Both the position numbers and the translations under genes were made by a program. A stretch of DNA of 23,773 nucleotides from an uncultured virus (IMG/VR IMGVR_UViG_3300031555_010821) (Duplodnaviria > Heunggongvirae > Uroviricota > Caudoviricetes). The stretch lies in IMG/VR virus record IMGVR_UViG_3300031555_010821; one strand, written 5' to 3'. Shown here one piece after another: positions 15,546 to 23,773 of this stretch (within the stretch, counting starts at the first letter, position 1; every line of letters begins with the position of its first letter). The notes under the pieces were generated by a model that made no database searches, was not told where the DNA came from, and saw only the letters and a list, made by a program, of their open reading frames with translations.

Positions 15546-16388
15546 TCAGGGCTCCTCTCCGTAGCTCTCAAAGGGGTTTGTGGTATCAGGAAGCTGTATC
15601 GTTTGCTGCACTTCCTTCTTTGGGATAAAATCCAAAAACGGTAAGCTGTCGCTCAAGAACGTCTTTGGATGCTTGATGTATTCCTTCTCGGTGCCGAGTT
15701 TTCTGCACTGATTGGCATACTGTCGTGCTGCTTCGATCAACTCATTTGCAGAATAGCCATCGTTACGCCGAGCCCTGTATTTCTTGTAGGCGTCTCCCTT
15801 TCCAATCGAACGAGGGTACACCTTCCAGAACTCCTCGAAATCCTTTGTGTATTTCGGTGGGTCAACAGGTTTTGGCGGGGCTGGCGGCTTTGGCGGTGCA
15901 GGTTGCGCTTGTGGCTCGCCATCACCTGCATGTTCTTCAGGATGTTTTTCGGGCGGAACGGAATCGGCTTGTTTTTGCTGAGCATCGGCTGCTTGAGCTT
16001 TCTTCGCGGCTCTTTCCTCTGCCTTTTCCCTTTTCCGATCAACGTCATGCTTGCGACGCGCCTTCGCTTTGTACCAAAGCTCTTGCCACCCGGCCCAATC
16101 ATGGAGAAACATCCCGTCATTCGTAAGGTCGATCCACCCTGTATCGATCAGAGCGCTTACAACCTTTTTCATATCCAGGTCGCATCCTATCGCAACGCCG
16201 TAAAGATGTCTTTCGATATCCTCGGTCGTTGCGTCAAGGATGCGGCCATTTTCATCAGCATTGTTCAGGCCCCAAAGCCAAAGGCAATTCAGAATGCCAA
16301 GGCACTCAAAAGACGAAGTATCAAGCTGCTTCAATAGCCTTCTGAGTTTGGGGCCAAGTACACTTTCGTGTACGCTTATCCATGCCAT
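15546..16388 (-). CDS. phage replication initiator
   Basis: MAWI...LW.W wHTH-like N-terminus, Pro-rich linker, FEEFWKVYPR..GK..A and YIKHPKTFL; upstream of the DnaC-like gene. Confidence 0.85.
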   Translation of the reverse strand: MAWISVHESVLGPKLRRLLKQLDTSSFECLGILNCLWLWGLNNADENGRILDATTEDIERHLYGVAIGCDLDMKKVVSALIDTGWIDLTNDGMFLHDWAGWQELWYKAKARRKHDVDRKREKAEERAAKKAQAADAQQKQADSVPPEKHPEEHAGDGEPQAQPAPPKPPAPPKPVDPPKYTKDFEEFWKVYPRSIGKGDAYKKYRARRNDGYSANELIEAARQYANQCRKLGTEKEYIKHPKTFLSDSLPFLDFIPKKEVQQTIQLPDTTNPFESYGEEP

Positions 16389-16435
16389 TGTTACACCTGC
16401 CTATCTGCGGCACCCTGCCGCGTGTTGTTGTTGCC

Positions 16436-17335
16436 TTATTCGGCAGGAGTCTCAATGTCCTCCGGTTCGCCCTCGCTCTGTTGCAGTTCACGGGCGATAT
16501 CCATTACCCTGCCCATGACCTTATTGAAAACAGAGAGCGTTAAGCCATCAGTGGATTCGAAACCGTTCTCAGAAAGAAGTGCCTTGATAACATCATTCGC
16601 CGTCGGGCCGAGATGCTGCTTTGCGACATTGAACAGCAGCTTCTTCTGTTCGAACGAAACGAGAGGATCTTCTTCGGGGGCGTCTGTCGGGGCGCCCTCG
16701 CCAGACTGACCGACCACGTTGAAGTTGGGCGGGATGGCGCCAGAGGCGACCATTTCTTCTTCAGAGTACAGGCCCTCATAGTCTTTCGGGAAGGCTTCTC
16801 TCACGCACTGGCTGATTGCCACCTTGGAAATCATGGTGGCGGGCTTGCTCTTCCAGTTGGCCTGCCCCTTGTCATACTCAGACAGCGACACTTCTTTGAA
16901 ACAGGAACGCTCCTGGCCATTGCGCATGAAATGCACTCTGCACCAGCCGCCAATCAAAGTCTCACCCGGGTAGAGGCAACAGCCCTCTTTCTGGAAGACC
17001 TCGTTTCCTCTCAGAACGACGATTCCATCTTCTTTGTAAAGGTAATCGGGATGCTCGAAAGCGCGGCGGAGATAAGCGCCTTTGCCAACGACCATCTGAG
17101 CAGGTTCGCTGCCAAATTTGATACAGTAAACCTCGCCCGCGACGAGCGGATTCAGCTTCTGCATCTTACAGGTGTTCATAAAGAACACAATTTCCTGATC
17201 GGTGATTTTCTCAGGACTGCCTCTTACGAGGTACTTCTTGACGAACTGCAAGTCCAGTTCGACCCGAGTGCCGAGCAAGTCATAGCTGACCGACAGGGCG
17301 TTCTGTTCTGCTTTACTCAATGCTGTGGATGCCAT
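16436..17335 (-). CDS. bet: Bet/RecT-family single-strand annealing protein
   Basis: F...CK...LNPL..EVY.IK, LIGGWC.V, W..KPATMI.KVA..Q..R.AFP....GLY..EE. Confidence 0.9.
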   Translation of the reverse strand: MASTALSKAEQNALSVSYDLLGTRVELDLQFVKKYLVRGSPEKITDQEIVFFMNTCKMQKLNPLVAGEVYCIKFGSEPAQMVVGKGAYLRRAFEHPDYLYKEDGIVVLRGNEVFQKEGCCLYPGETLIGGWCRVHFMRNGQERSCFKEVSLSEYDKGQANWKSKPATMISKVAISQCVREAFPKDYEGLYSEEEMVASGAIPPNFNVVGQSGEGAPTDAPEEDPLVSFEQKKLLFNVAKQHLGPTANDVIKALLSENGFESTDGLTLSVFNKVMGRVMDIARELQQSEGEPEDIETPAE

Positions 17336-17370
17336 GTTTTTTACCTCCTGTGTATAATTCTAGTTCCGCG

Positions 17371-18081
17371 TTAAGCTCGAACTGCAATGTCTACCGTTTC
17401 CTTGTATTCGATTCCAGGAATCTTAATGGAGCCCTTCGTGGCCTTAATCAACTGCATGACGGCCTTTTCATCTACCGGGCGAATGACAGCGCCGGCAATC
17501 TCAGTAGGAACCTTTTCCAGATCGACTTTGGTAATCACCCACGACTTCCGAGTCGATACGCCGGAGACCTTCGGAGCAGCAGTAGTTCCAACAGAATTCT
17601 TCGAGGCGGCTTCCATCACTTCCGCCTCTGCCATAGCAAACTCAGCACCAAGGGGGTCGCCCTCGGCCTCTGCCTTTGCCGCTTCTGCAAGCTTTTTTTC
17701 CATTTCCTTTCGTGCAAGCTCCTGCAACGCTCTCTCGCGGTCTCTTCGTTCCTGTTCTTTCCGATCGGCATAGGCTGCCATTTTGCCCTTCAGGATCTTT
17801 TCTGCGGACTCAACCGGTGCGAGCATGGCTTTCTTCTTGGCAAGAATCGCGTTGTAGTTCTCATGAGCGGTTTTTCGCACCGGCTCCCAATAATCGGAAA
17901 CGTGTTTGTTCATCTGCTTAATTGCGCGGATGACTTCGCCAGCCCGCGCATAGTCATCGTCGCTTTTCACGACAATGCGCAAAGCATCCGCTTCGATTTT
18001 ACTGACTTCTCTGAGAAGAGAATCTTCCAAAGAGTCAAGGACAAGGGCGTTGCTGCCTGTGGTAGCGATTGCGTCGTTCAT
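17371..18081 (-). CDS. coiled-coil phage protein of the recombination module
   Basis: 236-aa ORF between the exonuclease and bet; ends IPGIEY. Confidence 0.8.
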   Translation of the reverse strand: MNDAIATTGSNALVLDSLEDSLLREVSKIEADALRIVVKSDDDYARAGEVIRAIKQMNKHVSDYWEPVRKTAHENYNAILAKKKAMLAPVESAEKILKGKMAAYADRKEQERRDRERALQELARKEMEKKLAEAAKAEAEGDPLGAEFAMAEAEVMEAASKNSVGTTAAPKVSGVSTRKSWVITKVDLEKVPTEIAGAVIRPVDEKAVMQLIKATKGSIKIPGIEYKETVDIAVRA

Positions 18082-18104
18082 ACTGACATCTTCCTTTCAT
18101 TTTT

Positions 18105-18725
18105 CTATTTGTAAGACTGAATGTAGTCGTACACACATTTCAAACTGCCGAAAACGCGCCACCTGGCCGCATCATTGACGGCGTAGCTGTGTTCTTTGTA
18201 TTTCCCGTTATTTTTCAAATGAAGAATCATCTTGTCCTCAACGGGAATACCGTGACTGACCAGGGCTTGTGCATACGCTTCGAGCTGTACGCCGCAGGTC
18301 ATATCGACCAGAGACGATGTGGTCTTGAAATCGACAAGAGTTAACTTATCGTCGATATATGCGAGCAGGTCTACTGTGCCGCCATAACGCAGGATGCGGT
18401 GATACACCCTAACTTCAGAGCCGACAACAATTGGCTTCTTCAAATCCCACCATTCTCTGAATGCGCTAAAGTATCCGCGATGCTCCGGGTTTACATCTTC
18501 GATCTCATACTTTATCCAGACCTCAATGCTGTTATGGACGGAGGTTCCTCTATTCGCTGCATTCTGAAGCGTCTTTTCGCGGATATGTGCATAATTTGCC
18601 CCACTTAACGGTTCAAGAATAGTAGATACGCTCGGTATGCTTTCGCCATCCAGCCGGTACTGATGCGGACCATCATCAAAAGCCAGTTCAGGAAAATCCG
18701 GGACTGCTATAATGCGATCGCTCAT
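18105..18725 (-). CDS. PD-(D/E)XK exonuclease (Bet partner)
   Basis: H.Y...G..IPSVSTIL, RGT.VH, YGGTVDL...LVDFKT, QLEAY. Confidence 0.88.
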   Translation of the reverse strand: MSDRIIAVPDFPELAFDDGPHQYRLDGESIPSVSTILEPLSGANYAHIREKTLQNAANRGTSVHNSIEVWIKYEIEDVNPEHRGYFSAFREWWDLKKPIVVGSEVRVYHRILRYGGTVDLLAYIDDKLTLVDFKTTSSLVDMTCGVQLEAYAQALVSHGIPVEDKMILHLKNNGKYKEHSYAVNDAARWRVFGSLKCVYDYIQSYK

Positions 18726-18952
18726 CAATTCTCCTCCTCTGCGGTTTTCCACTCGCCGCCCATCAGAGTGACGAGTTCGCTGTATGGCATATCTTCGATA
18801 CAGGTCAAACAGTAGTCATCGCCGTTGATAACCGCGTACTCATCGCCGGCAAGAATGCCTTCTTTGCAGCGGCGGCAGGTAGTGACCGGCGCAGGGTCAG
18901 AAGCGTTGGGGCATCTGGGATGGCAGGGATTCTTCAGGCATACATCACACAC
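18725..18952 (-). CDS. small Zn-finger-like protein
   Basis: CDVC...PC...CP, CRRC, CLTC. Confidence 0.75.
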   Translation of the reverse strand: MCDVCLKNPCHPRCPNASDPAPVTTCRRCKEGILAGDEYAVINGDDYCLTCIEDMPYSELVTLMGGEWKTAEEEN

Positions 18953-19173
18953 GAATTCATCTCTCCAATTCTGTTGATTTCTTTTCTGTGTACATAGTCT
19001 CTTATCTCATCGGCAAGCAGGACGCTTATGTAGCTGGCACTCTTGCCCTTGATCTGGCACTTGCGGATGGTCAGCTCGATAATCTCGTATACCTCCGCCA
19101 GATCCAGAACGCATCTGAGTCGCTTCTGCTCTGCAAGTACGATATCTACCAAAGTGTCGATTTTTACGTTCAT
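18934..19173 (-). CDS. hypothetical protein
   Basis: 79-aa ORF, GAGGT RBS. Confidence 0.7.
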   Translation of the reverse strand: MNVKIDTLVDIVLAEQKRLRCVLDLAEVYEIIELTIRKCQIKGKSASYISVLLADEIRDYVHRKEINRIGEMNSCVMYA

Positions 19174-19181
19174 TTCTTACC

Positions 19182-19919
19182 TCAGGTTTCATACGGGCTG
19201 TTCAGGCTCCAGTCATATGTAATACCGCCCTGATACTCCGTTGTGTAATGATTGCGAAATCCATCTCCGTAGAAAAAACAAAACTCCGCAGGAAGAGTTC
19301 GGCCTACGTCCGTTGCGCCTGCCTTCTCAGCCGCCCATCTGCTGAGTACGTCCCGAGCAAGATTCTCCAGACGCTCCATAACAGGATGATTCGGGCTGTA
19401 TCCGTGAAACTGCATATTCTGAGAAACAATGTCGTAGACACTGTCACAGCTTGCATAGAACGGATCTCCACTGTCTAACCGGTTGAGAGCACACCACATA
19501 CTCGCGGCCATCTCTGTATCCGACTGTGTGACCCATGCTTCGCCGTATGCCATTTGAGCCAGTGCAATAACATCTGCTTCGGAGTACAGGCCGTAGTCGA
19601 TATCGAGCACCGTAACAGGAGCCTCTGGAGCGACCTGTGCGGCCTTTTCCTCTTTGGGGATGTCCGTGGATTCATTCGCCGCATTCTTGTGCTCCAGCTT
19701 TAAGAGCGCGATTTTCAGTGGATAATTTTCTTCTGGCTCGATGTGCCACTGCGCAGCGATCGGCTCCGGTGCAATAACCGGAACAACCTCCACCTGCGGA
19801 ATGCTGTTGCCTCGAGTGAAGCCTGTGCTGATCGCAACGGTTGCTGCGACAATAACCAGCGACAGAGCTGTCGAGATGATGCGGTTTCTGTTGGTTCTGT
19901 GTGTTCTTGAATGATTCAT
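19182..19919 (-). CDS. SleB/Hydrolase_2-family cell wall hydrolase with N-terminal hydrophobic segment
   Basis: LAQMAYGEA...V/M..C.LNR.DS...IVSQ..QFHGY; IISTALSLVIVAATVAI; start ATG 19919. Confidence 0.8.
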   Translation of the reverse strand: MNHSRTHRTNRNRIISTALSLVIVAATVAISTGFTRGNSIPQVEVVPVIAPEPIAAQWHIEPEENYPLKIALLKLEHKNAANESTDIPKEEKAAQVAPEAPVTVLDIDYGLYSEADVIALAQMAYGEAWVTQSDTEMAASMWCALNRLDSGDPFYASCDSVYDIVSQNMQFHGYSPNHPVMERLENLARDVLSRWAAEKAGATDVGRTLPAEFCFFYGDGFRNHYTTEYQGGITYDWSLNSPYET

Positions 19920-20065
19920 AATGCACTTTCCTTTCTTATCGGTGGCGTAGAACAAAACGTAGAAATATCTATCAGGCCAAGCTTTAGAATGGCTTCCTGG
20001 AGTTGCTCCATTGTTTCAATTCCGTATTCAGTTTTCAGAATCTCAACAATGCCGGGCACATCCAT
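19916..20065 (-). CDS. 49-aa hypothetical protein (absent from ORF track)
   Basis: MDVPGIVEILKTEYGIETMEQLQEAILKLGLIDISTFCSTPPIRKESAL; TGATG overlap upstream and ATGA overlap downstream. Confidence 0.7.
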   Translation of the reverse strand: MDVPGIVEILKTEYGIETMEQLQEAILKLGLIDISTFCSTPPIRKESAL

Positions 20066-20568
20066 CAGTCGTCATTTCCTCCGTTCAGCGCGATTTGACC
20101 AATGATCTTCAGTTCGCTGACCGTCTTGGCCAGCTCATCCAAATACGAAATGATTTCTTTTATTTCAGGCTTTTCGTTATCCGTGATGACGCCATCAGCG
20201 GCGATGTCGACCAGCTTATCCTTGATATCCGAAAGCTGATCCACCCTCAGTCCTTTCAAGAGCTTGACGGTAACTCGCTCGATGGACAGCACGTCTTCCG
20301 AAAGAGACTGTCGGCATCCGATTGGGCACTCATTCAAGCAATAGTGATTCAGCAAATGCGGAGCGTTGTACTTATCAGCCATCAGAACGGCCATATCAAC
20401 TGACATGCATTTGTTGAGTCCGTTTTCAATCCTGTCGATCGTATCGATAGAACAATGGAACATATCAGCGGCTCCTGCTCTGCTGGATAGCATATCGTTC
20501 CATTTTGCGGCCTCTAATCTGGCTTTATACCAGGGATTACTAGCTGCTTTTGTGGCACCACGTCCCAT
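20065..20568 (-). CDS. XRE-HTH / CII-like phage regulator
   Basis: HTH-like SRAGAAD...IDRIENG, Y.APHL...YC..ECPIG, DIAADG.I...E. Confidence 0.7.
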   Translation of the reverse strand: MGRGATKAASNPWYKARLEAAKWNDMLSSRAGAADMFHCSIDTIDRIENGLNKCMSVDMAVLMADKYNAPHLLNHYCLNECPIGCRQSLSEDVLSIERVTVKLLKGLRVDQLSDIKDKLVDIAADGVITDNEKPEIKEIISYLDELAKTVSELKIIGQIALNGGNDD

Positions 20569-20617
20569 TTTCTTTCCTCCAAATTTGACTTATAATTTCC
20601 AATGTAATCACCGCGAA

Positions 20618-20631
20618 TTACCAATCGGTAA
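20618..20631. promoter_or_regulatory. putative operator
   Basis: TTACC-AATC-GGTAA inverted repeat. Confidence 0.7.
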
Positions 20632-20651
20632 ACGCAAGGGATAAAAAAGAG

Positions 20652-20891
20652 CTAGGGCTCCTCAGTGGCGATCGTGCCTGCCGGTAGCTTGCCGTCAAAA
20701 AGAAAATCATTGAACTGAGCTAGGCTAAGCTCAAGGATATGAGCCAGTTGGATTTTCTCTTCATCAGTGAACCGAACTTTGCCACTCTCCTTCTTGTGAT
20801 AGGAGTTTTCCGCAATGCCAAGATGGTCCGCCATGTACTTCTGAGTGTATCCAAGCCTTGTTCGGGCTCCTTTGATTTCAAGCGGTTTCAT
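20652..20891 (-). CDS. Cro-like XRE HTH protein
   Basis: IKGARTRLGYTQKYMA..LGI...SY.KKESG; divergent from the repressor. Confidence 0.88.
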   Translation of the reverse strand: MKPLEIKGARTRLGYTQKYMADHLGIAENSYHKKESGKVRFTDEEKIQLAHILELSLAQFNDFLFDGKLPAGTIATEEP

Positions 20892-20943
20892 AAGGTTTCA
20901 CCTCTTTCGTCTGAAAAATCTCGGTATTTTTACCGACGTATTT

Positions 20944-20972
20944 ATTATAAATTACCAGTCGGTAAAAGTCAA
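20944..20972 (-). promoter_or_regulatory. lytic (Cro) promoter with an operator in its spacer
   Basis: TTGACT-17 nt-TATAAT; TTACCAGTCGGTAA at 20952-20965. Confidence 0.85.
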
Positions 20973-21002
20973 TTATATTTTTCCACTTTTCGCTTTTTTT
21001 AA

Positions 21003-21031
21003 TTGAAAAATCTATAAAACAGCCTTATGAT
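21003..21031 (+). promoter_or_regulatory. repressor promoter
   Basis: TTGAAA-17 nt-TATGAT; TGGTAA half-sites at 21031 and 21053. Confidence 0.7.
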
Positions 21032-21072
21032 GGTAAAATAAAACAACCACACTGGTAAAAGGAGATTCTACT

Positions 21073-21402
21073 ATGGACTTGACGATTTTTCAGCAGCGTT
21101 TTTCTTCTCTTTTAGAAAGCAACAGGTTTACCAAAAAGGATGTGGCTCTAGCAGTTGGCGTATCGCCCGCTGCGATCAGCCGCTACTTGAACGGCGACCG
21201 CGTCCCCGATCTGAGGGGCATCGTTAAAATCTCCGAGTATTTCAACGTCTCAATTGACTGGCTGCTCGGAAAAGATGATGACCGTTATGCCCCTCTTCCC
21301 AAGGACGACCGCGAACTCATCGAGCTTTATGCCCTTTCCACCCCTGACGACAAGCGCGTCATTTGGGCTGTGCTGGGTAAGTACAAAGATAACAAGGAGT
21401 GA
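21073..21402 (+). CDS. CI-like XRE repressor
   Basis: VALAVGVSPAAISRYLNGDRVP...ISEYFNVSIDWLLG; no peptidase domain. Confidence 0.9.
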   Translation: MDLTIFQQRFSSLLESNRFTKKDVALAVGVSPAAISRYLNGDRVPDLRGIVKISEYFNVSIDWLLGKDDDRYAPLPKDDRELIELYALSTPDDKRVIWAVLGKYKDNKE

Positions 21403-21914
21403 TTTCAATGCTATTCAATGGCGACAAGGCGTATTACCCGCTTATCTGTGTTGGCAAAAATATTGAGGTGTCTTCTGGCGGGCGTACAGAGACGATCCCA
21501 AGCATCTGTGTTTCTCCGTCTGGCCGTATCGCCATTGTTATGAGCGACCCGTTCAGCGCAGGAGTCTCGACCGACGACTTTCTTGCAACAGTCAGCACCT
21601 GCATCCAGGCACTTCGGAAATGGGACTGTGACGTGCTCGACGGAGTGGCGGCGGACTATTTCTACGAAACAACCGGCCAAGCTGCTCGCGGTGTTGATAT
21701 TATGGCACGAAACGGCTATCTCGAATTTACATCCAATCACAATTTCTTCGCAAATGTAGATGAAGGGCTTCAGCTCCATCATATACTCGTCATTGTATCT
21801 GTGCCCGGGGATGAGCTGCCTATGCGTTCCGTTGAGTTCTCCAACGGGAAGCTGCGCGATGCTGATATATTATTCTCTCTTGTGGACTGCAATATTTGTG
21901 TCAGCTTCGGCTGA
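21399..21914 (+). CDS. hypothetical lysogeny-module protein
   Basis: 171-aa ORF with GTGA overlap to the repressor. Confidence 0.7.
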   Translation: MISMLFNGDKAYYPLICVGKNIEVSSGGRTETIPSICVSPSGRIAIVMSDPFSAGVSTDDFLATVSTCIQALRKWDCDVLDGVAADYFYETTGQAARGVDIMARNGYLEFTSNHNFFANVDEGLQLHHILVIVSVPGDELPMRSVEFSNGKLRDADILFSLVDCNICVSFG

Positions 21915-21957
21915 GCCCTTTCAAGAACAGTCGGCCCAACATATCAAATAATAAGAT

Positions 21958-22028
21958 ACGGTTAGGTTAGGTTACGGTAAGGTTACGGTTATGTCTGGAA
22001 ATTCCGCGGATTTTCCATGGATTTTCCA
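21958..22028. repeat. GGTTA-type short repeats plus three 11-bp YGGAWWTTCCR direct repeats
   Basis: ACGGTTAGGTTAGGTTACGGTAAGGTTACGGTTA; TGGAAATTCCG, CGGATTTTCCA, TGGATTTTCCA at 21996, 22007 and 22018. Confidence 0.85.
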
Positions 22029-22051
22029 CTGCAAAACACGGAGGTGCAAGC

Positions 22052-23773
22052 GTGGCAAAACTTTCTGATGCTCTCAAGACTTCAAAAGCCGCTATTTATA
22101 TTCGAGTATCTACACAGTGGCAGATAGACAAAGATTCTCTTCATGTGCAGCGCCGTGAGCTGATTGCTTATGTCGAAATGGTTCTCGGTATCACAGACTA
22201 TGTTGTGTTCGAAGATCCTGGCTATTCCGCCAAAAACACAGAGCGGCCCGACTACCAGAAAATGATGAGCCGAATCCGCGCCGGTGAGTTCTCTCACATT
22301 GTAGTCTGGAAGATTGACCGTATCAGCCGCAACGTCCTCGACTTCGCCAATATGTATGTAGAGCTGAAAAGCCTGGGCGTAACATTCGTTTCCAAAAACG
22401 AGCAATTCGACACGAGCACTGCGATCGGTGAAGCCATGCTGAAAATCATTTTGGTCTTTGCTGAGCTTGAGCGCAACATGACTGCTGAGCGCGTCACCGC
22501 CGTTATGCTTTCCCGAGCAAACAATGGTCAGTGGAATGGCGGACATGTTCCATATGGATACAAGTACGACAGTGCAGCAAAGACCTTCAGCGTTAACGAG
22601 GACGAGGCGCGTATCGTGCGAACAATCTTCAAAATGTATGAACGCGAGCAGTCTCTGGTTTCCGTCACGCGGGACCTAAACGACAAAGGCATCCTGACAA
22701 GAAATGGGAAACAATGGTCTCCGACGACCGTTCACATCGTCCTGAAGAATACGTTCTATATCGGCCAGTACCGGTACAATACGCACAAACAGCTTCCTGG
22801 CAAAAAATATACTGTACCACGCGACGAATCCGAATGGATTGTAGTAGACAATCATCATGAGCCGATTGTCGACGAAGAGCTGTTTAATCGGATTCAGTTC
22901 CTTCTGGAGCGTAACCGGCGCAGACGAACCAGTGAAAACAAGACCTATGCAAAAAAGAATGTCCACATCTTTGCCGGATTGCTTCGCTGCGGTGTCTGTG
23001 GTTCTAACATGAGTGCCACCACAGATCGCGTCAGAGCAAACGGTTTACGGCCATCAATGTACGGTTGCTCAAAGCGCCGAGCCAGTTTTGCGGAATGCCA
23101 AAACAAATATGTAAACGATATTGTTATAGGCCCATTCATTTTCAATTATCTCGCAAATATCATACGAGCAAAAAGCTCCATTTCATCTCGTACCCCTTTG
23201 GAAACGCTCGAAAGCAAGCTCCTCAGAGGGTATATGTTTGAGGGCGTTAAGCTTGCCCACGAAACATTGCAATCTGTTCAGGAAATGCTTTTAAGCGGAG
23301 TGACAGGAATGGAGTACAAGCCGGCAGGCGCTCTTTCAGATCTTGAAGAAAAGCGCGATGAACGGTCAATTCTTCTTGAGCAAAAGCGAAAGCATACGAC
23401 TGCGCTCAAGCGCCTGAATTCAATCTACCTGTATAACGAGGACGACGTTCCGCCCGACGATTTTCTGGAGTCTCGCAAGAACATCACCGATCAGCTCAAA
23501 GACATTGAGGAACGCCTTAGCCAATTGGAGGATACAGAGGATTCTATTGCCTCCAACGAACAATTCATGGAGAAGGCCAGCTACTTCCTCATGGTGGAAA
23601 GCCTTCTAAGCGACCGATATATCGATTACGAAAAGTATATCCGCAAAATCGACCCGACCGTTCCGAAAGCATTTCTTAATACAATCATTTCTACAATCAC
23701 AATCAACAAAGGCAGGGTCATGTCAATTGAATTCAAAAACGGCATGGTCCACAAATTCTTATACGATCAATAA
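22052..23773 (+). CDS. large serine recombinase (integrase)
   Basis: YIRVST catalytic motif, KIDRISRN, GHVPYGY recombinase domain, CGVCG...C...C Zn ribbon, coiled coil. Confidence 0.96.
   Translation: MAKLSDALKTSKAAIYIRVSTQWQIDKDSLHVQRRELIAYVEMVLGITDYVVFEDPGYSAKNTERPDYQKMMSRIRAGEFSHIVVWKIDRISRNVLDFANMYVELKSLGVTFVSKNEQFDTSTAIGEAMLKIILVFAELERNMTAERVTAVMLSRANNGQWNGGHVPYGYKYDSAAKTFSVNEDEARIVRTIFKMYEREQSLVSVTRDLNDKGILTRNGKQWSPTTVHIVLKNTFYIGQYRYNTHKQLPGKKYTVPRDESEWIVVDNHHEPIVDEELFNRIQFLLERNRRRRTSENKTYAKKNVHIFAGLLRCGVCGSNMSATTDRVRANGLRPSMYGCSKRRASFAECQNKYVNDIVIGPFIFNYLANIIRAKSSISSRTPLETLESKLLRGYMFEGVKLAHETLQSVQEMLLSGVTGMEYKPAGALSDLEEKRDERSILLEQKRKHTTALKRLNSIYLYNEDDVPPDDFLESRKNITDQLKDIEERLSQLEDTEDSIASNEQFMEKASYFLMVESLLSDRYIDYEKYIRKIDPTVPKAFLNTIISTITINKGRVMSIEFKNGMVHKFLYDQ

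Larger units (their letters stand above)
1..23773. mobile_element. temperate phage / prophage (lysogeny, replication and accessory modules)
   Basis: gene order integrase-repressor-Cro-recombination-replication-RusA-activator. Confidence 0.93.

Noticed and set aside
15868..15915. GGC-rich repeats resembling the GGY tract
   Set aside because: Period 9, encoding the PPKPPAPPKP linker of the initiator.
16613..18114. Long + strand ORFs (253 and 264 aa) and similar antisense ORFs elsewhere
   Set aside because: Shadow frames of well-supported - strand genes, with no RBS or recognisable motifs.
18105..18725. Cas4 acting as an adaptation gene for the RAMP module
   Set aside because: Lacks the Cas4 four-Cys cluster and sits in the Bet recombination module 10 kb away.
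22052..22095. Integrase start as a self-target of the decoded guide (GTn GCn AAn..TCn)
   Set aside because: Only 4 of 15 dinucleotides match, consistent with chance.
21915..23773. attachment site (attL/attR/attP)
   Set aside because: The window ends at the integrase stop and no host flank is visible, so no att site can be supported.

Overview
Immunity, early/replication and accessory region of a temperate phage or prophage; strong GGAGG RBSs and sigmaA-type promoters point to a Bacillota (probably Clostridia) host. Right end (+ strand): XRE repressor, a hypothetical gene and a large serine integrase. Everything else runs on the - strand: Cro-like, CII-like, SleB-type hydrolase, exonuclease, Bet/RecT, replication initiator, DnaC-like loader, RusA, HNH-like protein, SSB, DUF5131 and an ArpU-like activator. 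About 8 kb of accessory cassettes follow, each headed by a related promoter, then a ParB-like gene and a truncated NeuD/PglD-like gene. The standout is 7014-7803: a solitary Cas7/RAMP-like gene with no CRISPR array or other cas genes. It is followed directly by a non-coding tract of 15 phased GGY-NN pentamers, a strong hairpin and a conserved-looking phage gene. This looks like a compact phage-encoded RNA-guided system whose guide information lies in the variable dinucleotides (VIPR-like, from my recollection of the literature). All protein calls come from motif recognition by eye; no searches were run.
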